From an uncultured delta proteobacterium (lineage in GTDB: Bacteria > Desulfobacterota > Binatia > JACPRU01), in assembly GCA_963745025.1 (NCBI GenBank), contig CAVUWD010000013.1, positions 32,001 through 96,000 of the forward strand: a stretch of DNA of 64,000 nucleotides. Reading direction: 5' to 3'. Numbering within the stretch: position 1 is the first letter of the stretch; every line of letters begins with the position of its first letter. Below the pieces are notes generated by a model. The model had not been told where the DNA came from, made no database searches, and worked only from the letters and a program-made list of their open reading frames with translations. Position numbers and translations under genes: made by a program. Of the stretch, positions 38,771 through 46,618 are shown in pieces.

Positions 38771-39778
38771 TCAGCTCAGGCTGGCGCCGATGCGTAGCGC
38801 CATTCGCTCCGCGGCCAGCGCCCGGTTGGCGTTCCGGCCGAAATCGACCAGGGCGGCGTACGCAGCCTCTGCGGCGTGCAGTGCGCCGACGAGAGTCCCT
38901 GTTTTGCCGCCCGGAGTCAATTCCGCCACGTCCTCGAGGCCGGCCCGTGCGCGCAGCTGCCGGCGAAGCAGGAGGAGAACCATCTTGAGCTCCAGCGGCA
39001 CGCCTCTCGGGGTGGACAGAACCTCTCTCACGGCGGAGACCACCTCGGCATAGTTCCCGGCGCAGGCGGCAAGGAGATCGGCCGCGCGCGCATGCGCCTC
39101 GCGCAAGCGCGTCACGTCGGCGGCGAGAACCACGCTCCCTTCGGAATAGGAGGAGAGAAATCGCGCGTCGTCGGGGCTCACTCGGAGCCGATCCCGCAGG
39201 ATCATCTCGACCGTGGCGCGCGCGAGCGGCACAAACGTGACTCGCTGGCAGCGCGACCGGACCGTCGGCAAGAGGCGCGAGCCGTTGTGGCAGACGAGGA
39301 TGAGAATCGAGCCGCGCGGCGGCTCCTCGAGGATCTTCAGGAGCGCGTTCTGCGCATCCTCGGTGAGCGCCTGCGCTTCCTCGAAGATGGCGATCTTGCT
39401 GCCGCCGCCGAGCGCTTGCCCGGCGAGGAAGAGCTGCACGGCACGCACTTGCTCGATCAGCATCCGTTCGCGCGGCGCTCCTTTGTCGTCGAGAGGCAGG
39501 GTCTCGCGGCGGAAGTCGGGATGCGTTCCCGCCGCCACCTGGACGCACGGCGCGCAGCTTCCGCAGGCCTCCTCGCCCCGCCGCTCGCAGAGCAGCCGGG
39601 CGGCCAGCGCAATGGCGGCCGAGCGCTTGCCGACGCCTTCCGGCCCGACGAACAGCAAGGCGTGATGCAACGTCTTCCGGGCCAGTGCCTGCCCGAGCAT
39701 GGCGACGACGTGATCCTGCCCGAGGATCTCGGAGAGCGAGAGGACGCGCTCGACGTGCTCGGAGGCCGCCGCGCTCAT
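38771..39778 (-). CDS. holB: DNA polymerase III subunit delta-prime
   Basis: HALLFVGPEGVGK, CGSCAPC, HPD, NALLKILEEPP and TVRSRC. Confidence 0.93.
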   Translation of the reverse strand: MSAAASEHVERVLSLSEILGQDHVVAMLGQALARKTLHHALLFVGPEGVGKRSAAIALAARLLCERRGEEACGSCAPCVQVAAGTHPDFRRETLPLDDKGAPRERMLIEQVRAVQLFLAGQALGGGSKIAIFEEAQALTEDAQNALLKILEEPPRGSILILVCHNGSRLLPTVRSRCQRVTFVPLARATVEMILRDRLRVSPDDARFLSSYSEGSVVLAADVTRLREAHARAADLLAACAGNYAEVVSAVREVLSTPRGVPLELKMVLLLLRRQLRARAGLEDVAELTPGGKTGTLVGALHAAEAAYAALVDFGRNANRALAAERMALRIGASLS

Positions 39779-40404
39779 GGCGTTCGAACTCCGAGCTTCT
39801 CCGCGCTCCAGGCGAGAATCTCGCGGTGCACGTCGTCGGCCGCCCGCGTGCCGTCGATCACGCGGATCCGCCGGGGATCTTCGCGAGCGAGGGCGAGAAA
39901 TCCCTGCCGCACGCGCTCGTGGAAGCTCGCCTCTTCACCCTCGAAGCGATCCGCCGCGGCGTGCCCGCGGCGCCGACGCGTGCGGGCGAGGCCGACCTCG
40001 ATCGGACAGTCGAGCACGAAGGTGAGATCGGGCAGCATCCCTTGACGCGCCACGGATTCCACGGCGCGGACGGCTTCGAGCGGCAGCTCGCGGCCGTAGG
40101 CCTGATAGGCGAGCGTCGAGTCCGCGAATCGATCGCAGAGCACTACCTCGCCGGCGCGAAGCGCGGGCTGAATCAAGCTTTCGACGTGCTGCGCACGATC
40201 GGCGAGGATGAGAAACAGCTCGGCGAGTCCGCCCACGCTCGTGGCCGAGTGCAATAGCAAGGAGCGGATTTCTTCGCCGAGCTTGGTTCCGCCCGGCTCA
40301 CGCGTCACTCGCACGACGAGCTTCGCGTGCTCGAGCGCGGCAGCCAGAAGACCCACCTGCGTCGTCTTTCCGCCGCCTTCGATCCCTTCGATCGTGATGA
40401 ACAA
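39775..40404 (-). CDS. tmk: Thymidylate kinase
   Basis: FITIEGIEGGGKTTQ, REPGGT and DRFADSTLAYQ. Confidence 0.96.
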   Translation of the reverse strand: MFITIEGIEGGGKTTQVGLLAAALEHAKLVVRVTREPGGTKLGEEIRSLLLHSATSVGGLAELFLILADRAQHVESLIQPALRAGEVVLCDRFADSTLAYQAYGRELPLEAVRAVESVARQGMLPDLTFVLDCPIEVGLARTRRRRGHAAADRFEGEEASFHERVRQGFLALAREDPRRIRVIDGTRAADDVHREILAWSAEKLGVRTP

Positions 40405-40526
40405 AGTCAGTCAGGCGTCTTTGCCGGGGACCAGACGCACGCCGTAGGGGAGCCGTTGCGAGGGGTGAATGGCTTGATCATGTGGTCATCCGTGCCCGTC
40501 AGCTTGGGACGGGCTCGTCTTACTGG

Positions 40527-41519
40527 TTACCAGACCTCCCTCCAGGCTCCAAGGATCGCAGCTCTGGGCAACGCCCCGCGCCCCGCCACGGCGCTCCGAT
40601 CGAGCGCCGAGCCCGCATAGCGGACGACGAGCCGGCCCGCAGCGGGAACGCGCATCTCGCCCGCAACCCAAGCGGCACCGCCGATCACCAGCTCCCCTTC
40701 GACGTCGATCCCTTGCGGCGCGAGCAGCAGCCCGTCGACTTCGAGGCGACCGCGCACGCGAAGCGGCGCGTCGGCAAGCACGATGCCGCTCACGACGACC
40801 GTTCCGGAAATCTCCGCCTGGCCCGTGAAGCGAACCACCACCGGCTCCCCCGTGCTTCCGAAGGTGCCGCCCTCCTGCGTTCCGTCGGGCGCGACGTCTG
40901 CAATCTCGCGCAAGTGGTCGATTGCGTCCGGAAGACCGCTCGAGCCGACGATTGCGACCTCTGTGGCGTCACCGCGGGCTCTGCGGAAGGCCGCGGCGGC
41001 TTCCCGGCTCTCGGCGCCGTACGCGGGCAGCTCGCCGCCGGTCTCGTCCGCGGAGACGTCGAGAGCTCCGGAGATGTCCGTCGGCGACGTCGTTGCGGCA
41101 ATCGTCACGGCCGCGGGCGGACGGAACCGTGGCTCGCGGACGAATACGGCCTCGACCTTGCGTCGAGCGCCCCGGTGGCTCGTCCCTTCGGAGCTGGCGC
41201 GCAGGCTTCCGTCTGCGAGCCCATCGACGCGAACGCGATAGGTTCGCGGCGACTCGGGAAAGCCGACGGGCGATCCGAACGGAGGGGCTCCGGCCGGCCA
41301 GGCGAGCTCGCGCGCGAAATCGCTCGCCGGCTCGAGCAGCGACCACAGGTGCTGGATCCCGGCCTCGGCCACGAAGAGCGCGTCGTCCCCGGCCGAGACG
41401 TTCGAGGCCGCCTGGGCGTCGAGAAACAACGAGAGAAACAGCGTCGCGGTCAGCGCGAGAAGGCCCACCAGCATGAAGAGGACCGAGACGAGCGCGATCC
41501 CGTTTCGACTCACCCGCAT
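40527..41519 (-). CDS. PilX-like minor pilin
   Basis: GIALVSVL signal lacking Glu5 and ALFVAEAGI; last gene of the pilin operon. Confidence 0.75.
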   Translation of the reverse strand: MRVSRNGIALVSVLFMLVGLLALTATLFLSLFLDAQAASNVSAGDDALFVAEAGIQHLWSLLEPASDFARELAWPAGAPPFGSPVGFPESPRTYRVRVDGLADGSLRASSEGTSHRGARRKVEAVFVREPRFRPPAAVTIAATTSPTDISGALDVSADETGGELPAYGAESREAAAAFRRARGDATEVAIVGSSGLPDAIDHLREIADVAPDGTQEGGTFGSTGEPVVVRFTGQAEISGTVVVSGIVLADAPLRVRGRLEVDGLLLAPQGIDVEGELVIGGAAWVAGEMRVPAAGRLVVRYAGSALDRSAVAGRGALPRAAILGAWREVW

Positions 41520-42139
41520 CGGAGGCTCCGCCGGTTGCGGAGCGCGGCGGTCAGCTCCTCCGCCACCGACTCCACACCCTCCTTGATCGTCAGCCCAACG
41601 GCGATGCTGCGCACCCGCGGTCTCTCATCGGCCGAGAGGTCCGTGCCGGCGGCGGGCAGAATCTCATCGCCGCAAGCGTCGAGATAGCGAAAGACGAGGC
41701 CCCCCGCGGGTACCGTCGAATCCAGCGTGAGTGGCAGCGTCTGCCGGCCGACGGACTCCGAGACGGTCCCCCGGCTCGCATTCAGGAAGAATCCGATCCG
41801 CTCGTCGGAGTCGACGTCGAGGGTCCCATCGGGGGCATCCGTCGTCGTCGCACCGTGAAGATCGGAGCGAAGCTCGATCCGGTCCGGTGCGGCGACCGCG
41901 AGGCCGTCGCGGCCTCCGTCGAAGCTTCCCACAACCGGCGCAAATCCCGCGCCGCGGACCTCGCGCGCGATCATCTCGAGCACGCGTCGATTCGCCTCAC
42001 GAAGCCGCAGACGGCGTGATTCGCGGTCGGCCATGCGGCTCTCGGCGCGCGAGAAGCTGCCGACGGCGGCGATGATCAGCAACGACGAGGTGACCGAGAC
42101 GAGCAACTCGAGCAGCGTGAAGCCGCATCGCGTGTTCAT
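41510..42139 (-). CDS. PilW-like minor pilin
   Basis: MNTRCGFTLLELLV and REVRGAGF. Confidence 0.8.
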   Translation of the reverse strand: MNTRCGFTLLELLVSVTSSLLIIAAVGSFSRAESRMADRESRRLRLREANRRVLEMIAREVRGAGFAPVVGSFDGGRDGLAVAAPDRIELRSDLHGATTTDAPDGTLDVDSDERIGFFLNASRGTVSESVGRQTLPLTLDSTVPAGGLVFRYLDACGDEILPAAGTDLSADERPRVRSIAVGLTIKEGVESVAEELTAALRNRRSLRCG

Positions 42140-42504
42140 GGCAATACCCATCTCCTTCGCAGCAGCGTGTGAAACCGGACGGGAGCGCCTCCGCGGGGCG
42201 GAGTTGCCGTCACGGACAGGTGCCAGAGATTCTCGCGTGGCCCCGGCTCGACGAGCGTTCGCAAGAGAAGCGCTCCCGTCGCATCTGCCACCGATTCCGA
42301 CGAGTCTCGTGCCGTGATGTCCTCGGCGGCGTTGGCCAGGAGCTCCTCCAGGCGCCGCTCGGCGATCAGCGTGGCCGCCTGCTGGAGATCGCTCGCGCGC
42401 CGGCCGAGGACGATGCTCCACGTCGAATGGGCGATCGCCGCCAGCGACACCGAGGCGACGCCGAGCGTGACGAGGACTTCGAGCAGCGTAAAGCCTCGTC
42501 TCAT
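42136..42504 (-). CDS. PilV-like minor pilin
   Basis: MRRGFTLLEVLV and A..IAERRLEEL; ATGA overlaps. Confidence 0.8.
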   Translation of the reverse strand: MRRGFTLLEVLVTLGVASVSLAAIAHSTWSIVLGRRASDLQQAATLIAERRLEELLANAAEDITARDSSESVADATGALLLRTLVEPGPRENLWHLSVTATPPRGGAPVRFHTLLRRRWVLP

Positions 42505-42971
42505 TCCACCCTCACCCTGCCGGCAGCACTGACGATCACGCGCCGCACGGCGCCCCCGGTCGCGGTGAGCGCGATCGTCGCGTTGTCGAACGTGTGACCG
42601 CGCGGAAGCCAGGTGACCGAGACGCGGCCCCCGGAGACCCTCGTCGACGACGCCGCATCGAAGGCCACGCCGGAGGGGAACGTCCGAGCGCCGCCTTCCG
42701 GATCGAAGCGACCCTCCGACTCGATCTCGACTCGATACTGAGCAGCGGCGAGGTCGCAGATCGTACGCACGCGGGTATTTCGGTTGACCGCCTTGACGCG
42801 CGCGAGCTCGAGGTCCGAGACGAGTCGTCGCGCCGCTTGATCGAGAAGCAGACCCGGCAGAGCCGCTGAAACCCTCGGCAGGGCGATGGCGAGCAGGACG
42901 GAGAGCACGCCGAGCGCGCAAAGCAGCTCGAGAAGCGTGAACCCGTCGCGGCGAATCGGAGCGCGGCCCAT
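42501..42971 (-). CDS. FimT/GspH-like minor pilin
   Basis: DGFTLLELL, LVSDLELAR.KAV and VIVSAAGRVR. Confidence 0.82.
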   Translation of the reverse strand: MGRAPIRRDGFTLLELLCALGVLSVLLAIALPRVSAALPGLLLDQAARRLVSDLELARVKAVNRNTRVRTICDLAAAQYRVEIESEGRFDPEGGARTFPSGVAFDAASSTRVSGGRVSVTWLPRGHTFDNATIALTATGGAVRRVIVSAAGRVRVE

Positions 42972-43100
42972 TGCCGGATCGGTAGAGCAAGCCGCGCGCC
43001 AGCGCGTCCACGACCGAAACGCCGCGAACCGCCGAGCCTGGCCTATCAACGCCCGCCCGAATACGGGTGGCCGCGCCCGGCGGCGATGCCCGAAGTCGGG

Positions 43101-44504
43101 CTACTTAATGCCGTACTCGTGCATCTTGTAGAGCAGGGTGCGGTGGCTGATGTCGAGCAGCTTCGCGGCCCGCGTGCGGTTCGATCGGGAGAGCTCGAGC
43201 GCGCGCCGGATCAGGGTCTCCTCGAGATTGCGCACGCCTCGCTTCAGCGAAAGCGGATTGTCGCTCTCTTCCGTCGCCTGCACGCCGGTCGTCGCGGCCG
43301 GCGCGAGCAGGTGCGGCGGGAGGTCGTCGGGGGTGATCGTCTCGCCGGCGAGAATCACCGCGCGCTCGATCGTGTTCTCCAGCTCGCGCACGTTTCCCGG
43401 CCAGCGGTAGTCCAGCAGCATGCGGAAGGCCGCTTTGGCGATTTCCGGCTTGTGGATCTCGTGCTTGCTGCTGTGCTTCTCGAGGAAGTGCTCGATGAGC
43501 AGAGAGATGTCCTCGGGACGATCGCGAAGCGGAGGCAGGTGGATCGAGAGGACGTTCAGCCGGTAGTAGAGATCGTCGCGGAATCGTCCCTCGCGCACCT
43601 CGCGCGGCAGGTCTCGCACCGTGGCCGCGATGATTCGCAGGTCGATCCGCGTCCCCACGCTGCTGCCGACCTTGCGAATCTCCTCTTCCTGAAGCGCGCG
43701 CAAGAGCTTCACCTGGAGCCCGAGCGGCAGCTCGCCGATCTCGTCGAGAAGCAGCGTGCCGGTGTGCGCCATCTCGAAAAGGCCCTTCTTGTCGCGCACC
43801 GCGTCGGTGAACGATCCCTTGACGTGCCCGAAGAGCTCGCTCTCGAGGAGATCCGAGGGGATCGCGCCGCAGTTCACGGCGATGAAGGGATTGTCGCGGC
43901 GGGGCGAGTTGAAGTGCAGCGCCCGGGCGATCAGCTCCTTGCCGGTGCCGCTCTCCCCCGTGATGAGCACGGTCGTCTTGTAGTCCGCGATCTTTGTTAT
44001 GATCGCAAAGATCTCGAGCATCTGCGTGCTACGGGCGACAATGTTCTCGAAGCCGAACTGGCGGAGAGCGTCCTCCTTGAGGCGCGTGTTGTCGCGCCGC
44101 AGGTGCTCGCGCTCCTCCGCCTTGCGCAGCGTGAGCAGCACCTCGCCGGTCGTGAACGGCTTGGAGACATAGTCGTAGGCGCCGCGCTTCATCACCTTCA
44201 GTGCCGTGTCGCGGTCGCCGTATCCCGACATCATGATGACGACCGGCGGGCGGCTTCGCTCGGCGAGGGCCTCGAGGAAGCCCCAACCGTCGAGCCGCGG
44301 CATGCGAATGTCGGAGAGCACCACGTCGAAGCATTGGTCGGCGAGGAGCGCGAGCGCCTCCTCTCCGTCGCAGGCCGTGACGACCTCGTAGCCCTCCTGC
44401 GTCAGCATATCGGTGAGGAGACGGCGGAGATTCTCCTCGTCGTCGACGATGAGAACGCGGGTGACCGAGAGCGGCGATGGAGTTCGTAGTCGGCGCTCGG
44501 GCAT
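43101..44504 (-). CDS. Sigma54-dependent response regulator (NtrC/PilR-like)
   Basis: Receiver domain (VDDE, DIRMP), GESGTGKE, ESELFGH, WPGNVREL and a Fis-type HTH. Confidence 0.95.
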   Translation of the reverse strand: MPERRLRTPSPLSVTRVLIVDDEENLRRLLTDMLTQEGYEVVTACDGEEALALLADQCFDVVLSDIRMPRLDGWGFLEALAERSRPPVVIMMSGYGDRDTALKVMKRGAYDYVSKPFTTGEVLLTLRKAEEREHLRRDNTRLKEDALRQFGFENIVARSTQMLEIFAIITKIADYKTTVLITGESGTGKELIARALHFNSPRRDNPFIAVNCGAIPSDLLESELFGHVKGSFTDAVRDKKGLFEMAHTGTLLLDEIGELPLGLQVKLLRALQEEEIRKVGSSVGTRIDLRIIAATVRDLPREVREGRFRDDLYYRLNVLSIHLPPLRDRPEDISLLIEHFLEKHSSKHEIHKPEIAKAAFRMLLDYRWPGNVRELENTIERAVILAGETITPDDLPPHLLAPAATTGVQATEESDNPLSLKRGVRNLEETLIRRALELSRSNRTRAAKLLDISHRTLLYKMHEYGIK

Positions 44505-44508
44505 GGAG

Positions 44509-44526
44509 GTGTCAATCCGCTGACAC
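44509..44526. promoter_or_regulatory. Inverted repeat GTGTCA-N6-TGACAC upstream of the regulator
   Basis: Perfect 6-bp arms just upstream of the predicted start at 44504. Confidence 0.35.
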
Positions 44527-44805
44527 TCGGTTTTTATCCGGTGCCAGGCGAAGTTTCAAAACGTAGGTAATTTGCACCGACGAGGCTAGTCCCGCAGTTG
44601 TCAAGGCCGAACGGGAATCTGGACGTGGCGCCGCCGACCCGCCTTTCGACTCGCATGCGGCCTCGAACCGCGCGCACAAGCGAGAGCGATGGCGGAAGAC
44701 CGAGTCCGGTTAACCTTTCCGAGCGGCTTCGTCTTGAAGGATGGACCGAATACCTGGCCGCGTCGGCTTTTTTCGAGACCCACGGCTTGCTTTCGCCGCT
44801 CGCAC

Positions 44806-45582
44806 TCAGCGCGCCCCGAGGCCGAGATACCAGCCGATGACCTGATCGCCCCAGAAGATGTAGGCGATCGCGCCGAGCGCGAGGAACGGCCCGAAGGGGA
44901 TCGCGTACTTGGTGTCCGAGCCCGTCCACCACATGAGCGTCACGCCGACCATCGAGCCGGTGAGCGAGGAGAAAAGCATCGTGAACGGCACCGACCGCCA
45001 GCCGAGAAACGCGCCGACCATGCCGAGAAGCTTGATGTCTCCGCCGCCCATGCCCTCTCGCCCCGTCAACGCGTGGTAGCCCCAGGCCACGGCGAGCAGC
45101 AGTCCGCCGCCGGCCAGAATGCCGATGGCCGAAGAGAGAGGCCCCGGACCGGGCGCGCCACGAAGCGACAGCAGGAAGCCCACGACGATCCCCGGCAGGC
45201 TGATGACGTCGGGGATGATGCGGTGGTCGAGATCGATGAACGTGATGACGATCAGCGCCGCCACGAACGTGAAGAGGACGAGCCACTCGACGCCGAGGCC
45301 GAACCGCAGGTAGAGCGCCACGGCCGCGAGCGCGGTCACCAGCTCGACGACGAAGTACCGAAACGAGATCGGCTCTTGGCAGCTCCGGCAGCGGCCGCGC
45401 AGCACGAGCCAGCTGAGGAGCGGGATGTTGTCGTACCACGCGACGGGGTGCCCGCACTCGGGGCAGCGCGAGCCCGGGAAGACGATCGATTCCTCGGCGG
45501 GGACTCGGAGGATGCAGACGTTCGCGAAGGAGCCGATGATCGCGCCGAAGAGGAAGAGGATTATCGATGTGAGAGGGGACAT
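44806..45582 (-). CDS. pilD: Prepilin peptidase / N-methyltransferase
   Basis: GSFANV, SRCPEC, WYDNIPLLSW..LRGRCRSC, GMGGGDIKL and IPFGPFL. Confidence 0.96.
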   Translation of the reverse strand: MSPLTSIILFLFGAIIGSFANVCILRVPAEESIVFPGSRCPECGHPVAWYDNIPLLSWLVLRGRCRSCQEPISFRYFVVELVTALAAVALYLRFGLGVEWLVLFTFVAALIVITFIDLDHRIIPDVISLPGIVVGFLLSLRGAPGPGPLSSAIGILAGGGLLLAVAWGYHALTGREGMGGGDIKLLGMVGAFLGWRSVPFTMLFSSLTGSMVGVTLMWWTGSDTKYAIPFGPFLALGAIAYIFWGDQVIGWYLGLGAR

Positions 45583-45674
45583 TTCGGGACCCGCACAACT
45601 TAGAGGAGGCAGGAGCGTCGAGGCAAGGGCGATGAGCCCCTCTGGCCCGCGGGGGACCAATTCTGCGGGCCGCC

Positions 45675-45729
45675 CGGCGCGCCTCGGTCATGTATCGACG
45701 ACGGCCTCATCACGAGCCATCGATTTTCC
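45675..45729. repeat. 55-bp direct repeat, left copy
   Basis: 54 of 55 nt match 46564-46618. Confidence 0.95.
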
Positions 45730-45848
45730 CATTCCTCCGGGGCTTCGGACAGACAACCTCGGCCGTTGGCTCTTGCTCGGCTTCCGAAATTTGCGCGCTT
45801 TAGTGCGTTCCGCCCCGCTCCGGGTCGGGCACCGAGCCACTTGCGAAT

Positions 45849-45870
45849 TGGTATAACTATAGTTATACCA
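45849..45870. promoter_or_regulatory. TA operator palindrome overlapping an extended -10
   Basis: Perfect 22-bp palindrome TGGTATAACTATAGTTATACCA containing TG-n-TATAAC, 6 nt before the antitoxin ATG. Confidence 0.8.
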
Positions 45871-45876
45871 CAAACC

Positions 45877-46119
45877 ATGAAAACTGCGGTGTCTCTTCCC
45901 GACCCTGTCTTTCACGAGGCCGAGCAGCTGGCTAGGCGGCTCCGAGTGCCGCGTAGTCGGCTCTACGCTACGGCTATCGCGTCCTACGTAAAGCAGCATC
46001 GCCGTAAGAGCATTACTGAAGCACTGAACGAAGTGTACGGAGACAAGAAAGAGAACTCCGAGGTCGATCCCGTTCTTCAGAAGTTGCAAGAGCGCTCTCT
46101 TCACCGTGAGAAGTGGTGA
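45877..46119 (+). CDS. Ribbon-helix-helix antitoxin (ChpI-like)
   Basis: MKTAVSLPD.VF..AE..A..L...RS.LY..A..ITEALNEVY; overlaps the toxin start. Confidence 0.85.
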   Translation: MKTAVSLPDPVFHEAEQLARRLRVPRSRLYATAIASYVKQHRRKSITEALNEVYGDKKENSEVDPVLQKLQERSLHREKW

Positions 46120-46457
46120 TGCGTCGCGGAGAAATTTGGTGGGCATCTCTTCGCGAGCCCCGAGGATCCGAACCTGGTTACCGCCGTCCGTTGGTAGTCG
46201 TTCAATCCGACGACTTTACTGAGAGTCGAATCCAAACCGTTATTGGTGCTGTCGTGACGTCCAATACCCGACTTGCCCTTGCGCCCGGTAATCTCCTTCT
46301 GCGGAAAAAGGGTAGCGGTCTTTCGCGCGATTCGGTGGTCAACGTTTCGCAGCTCATCACGGTCAATAAATCGTTCCTTACCGAATGTATCGGGCGCCTC
46401 TCTTCGCCGCAGCTTCAGCAGCTTAACGAGGGTCTGCGCCTTGTTCTTGAGCTGTAG
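46113..46457 (+). CDS. mazF: PemK/MazF family endoribonuclease toxin
   Basis: RRGEIWWA, GSEPGYRRP, VQSDDF and SGL.RDSVVNVSQ. Confidence 0.92.
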   Translation: MVMRRGEIWWASLREPRGSEPGYRRPLVVVQSDDFTESRIQTVIGAVVTSNTRLALAPGNLLLRKKGSGLSRDSVVNVSQLITVNKSFLTECIGRLSSPQLQQLNEGLRLVLEL

Positions 46458-46482
46458 GACGCCCAGGCGACCGCCGCAGGAT

Positions 46483-46566
46483 AACGAGATCGACGCTCCG
46501 CAGCTCGCAACGGCCGCGGAGCATGAACCAGCTGACGAGCGGCACGTCGTCGTACCCAGGCGACGG
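46483..46566 (-). pseudogene. Remnant of a diverged pilD
   Basis: Aligns with pilD 45362-45446. YDDVPLVSWFMLRGRC then SCGASIS after a frameshift, versus YDNIPLLSWLVLRGRCRSCQEPIS. Confidence 0.8.
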
Positions 46567-46618
46567 CGCGCCTCGGTCATGTGTCGACGACGGCCTCATC
46601 ACGAGCCATCGATTTTCC
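46564..46618. repeat. 55-bp direct repeat, right copy (contains the 3' end of the 634-aa gene)
   Basis: Encodes GKSMARDEAVVDT-stop on the minus strand, as does the left copy. Confidence 0.95.

Noticed and set aside
40494-40514. Hairpin downstream of the PilX-like gene as an intrinsic terminator
   Set aside because: It has a 7-bp stem but no U-tract, so support is weak.
44530-44550. Sigma54 promoter (TGGCAC on the minus strand)
   Set aside because: There is no TTGC -12 element at the required spacing.
44590-44805. Possible c-di-GMP/cGAMP (GEMM) riboswitch between pilD and the regulator
   Set aside because: GAAA and GACGC fragments occur on the minus strand, but the GYAAA and GCAAAG core and the pairing are not recognisable. 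An Infernal/Rfam scan would settle it.
45675-46618. Integron cassette, IS element or tRNA att site
   Set aside because: No attC boundary motifs, terminal inverted repeats, transposase or tRNA-like sequence are visible.
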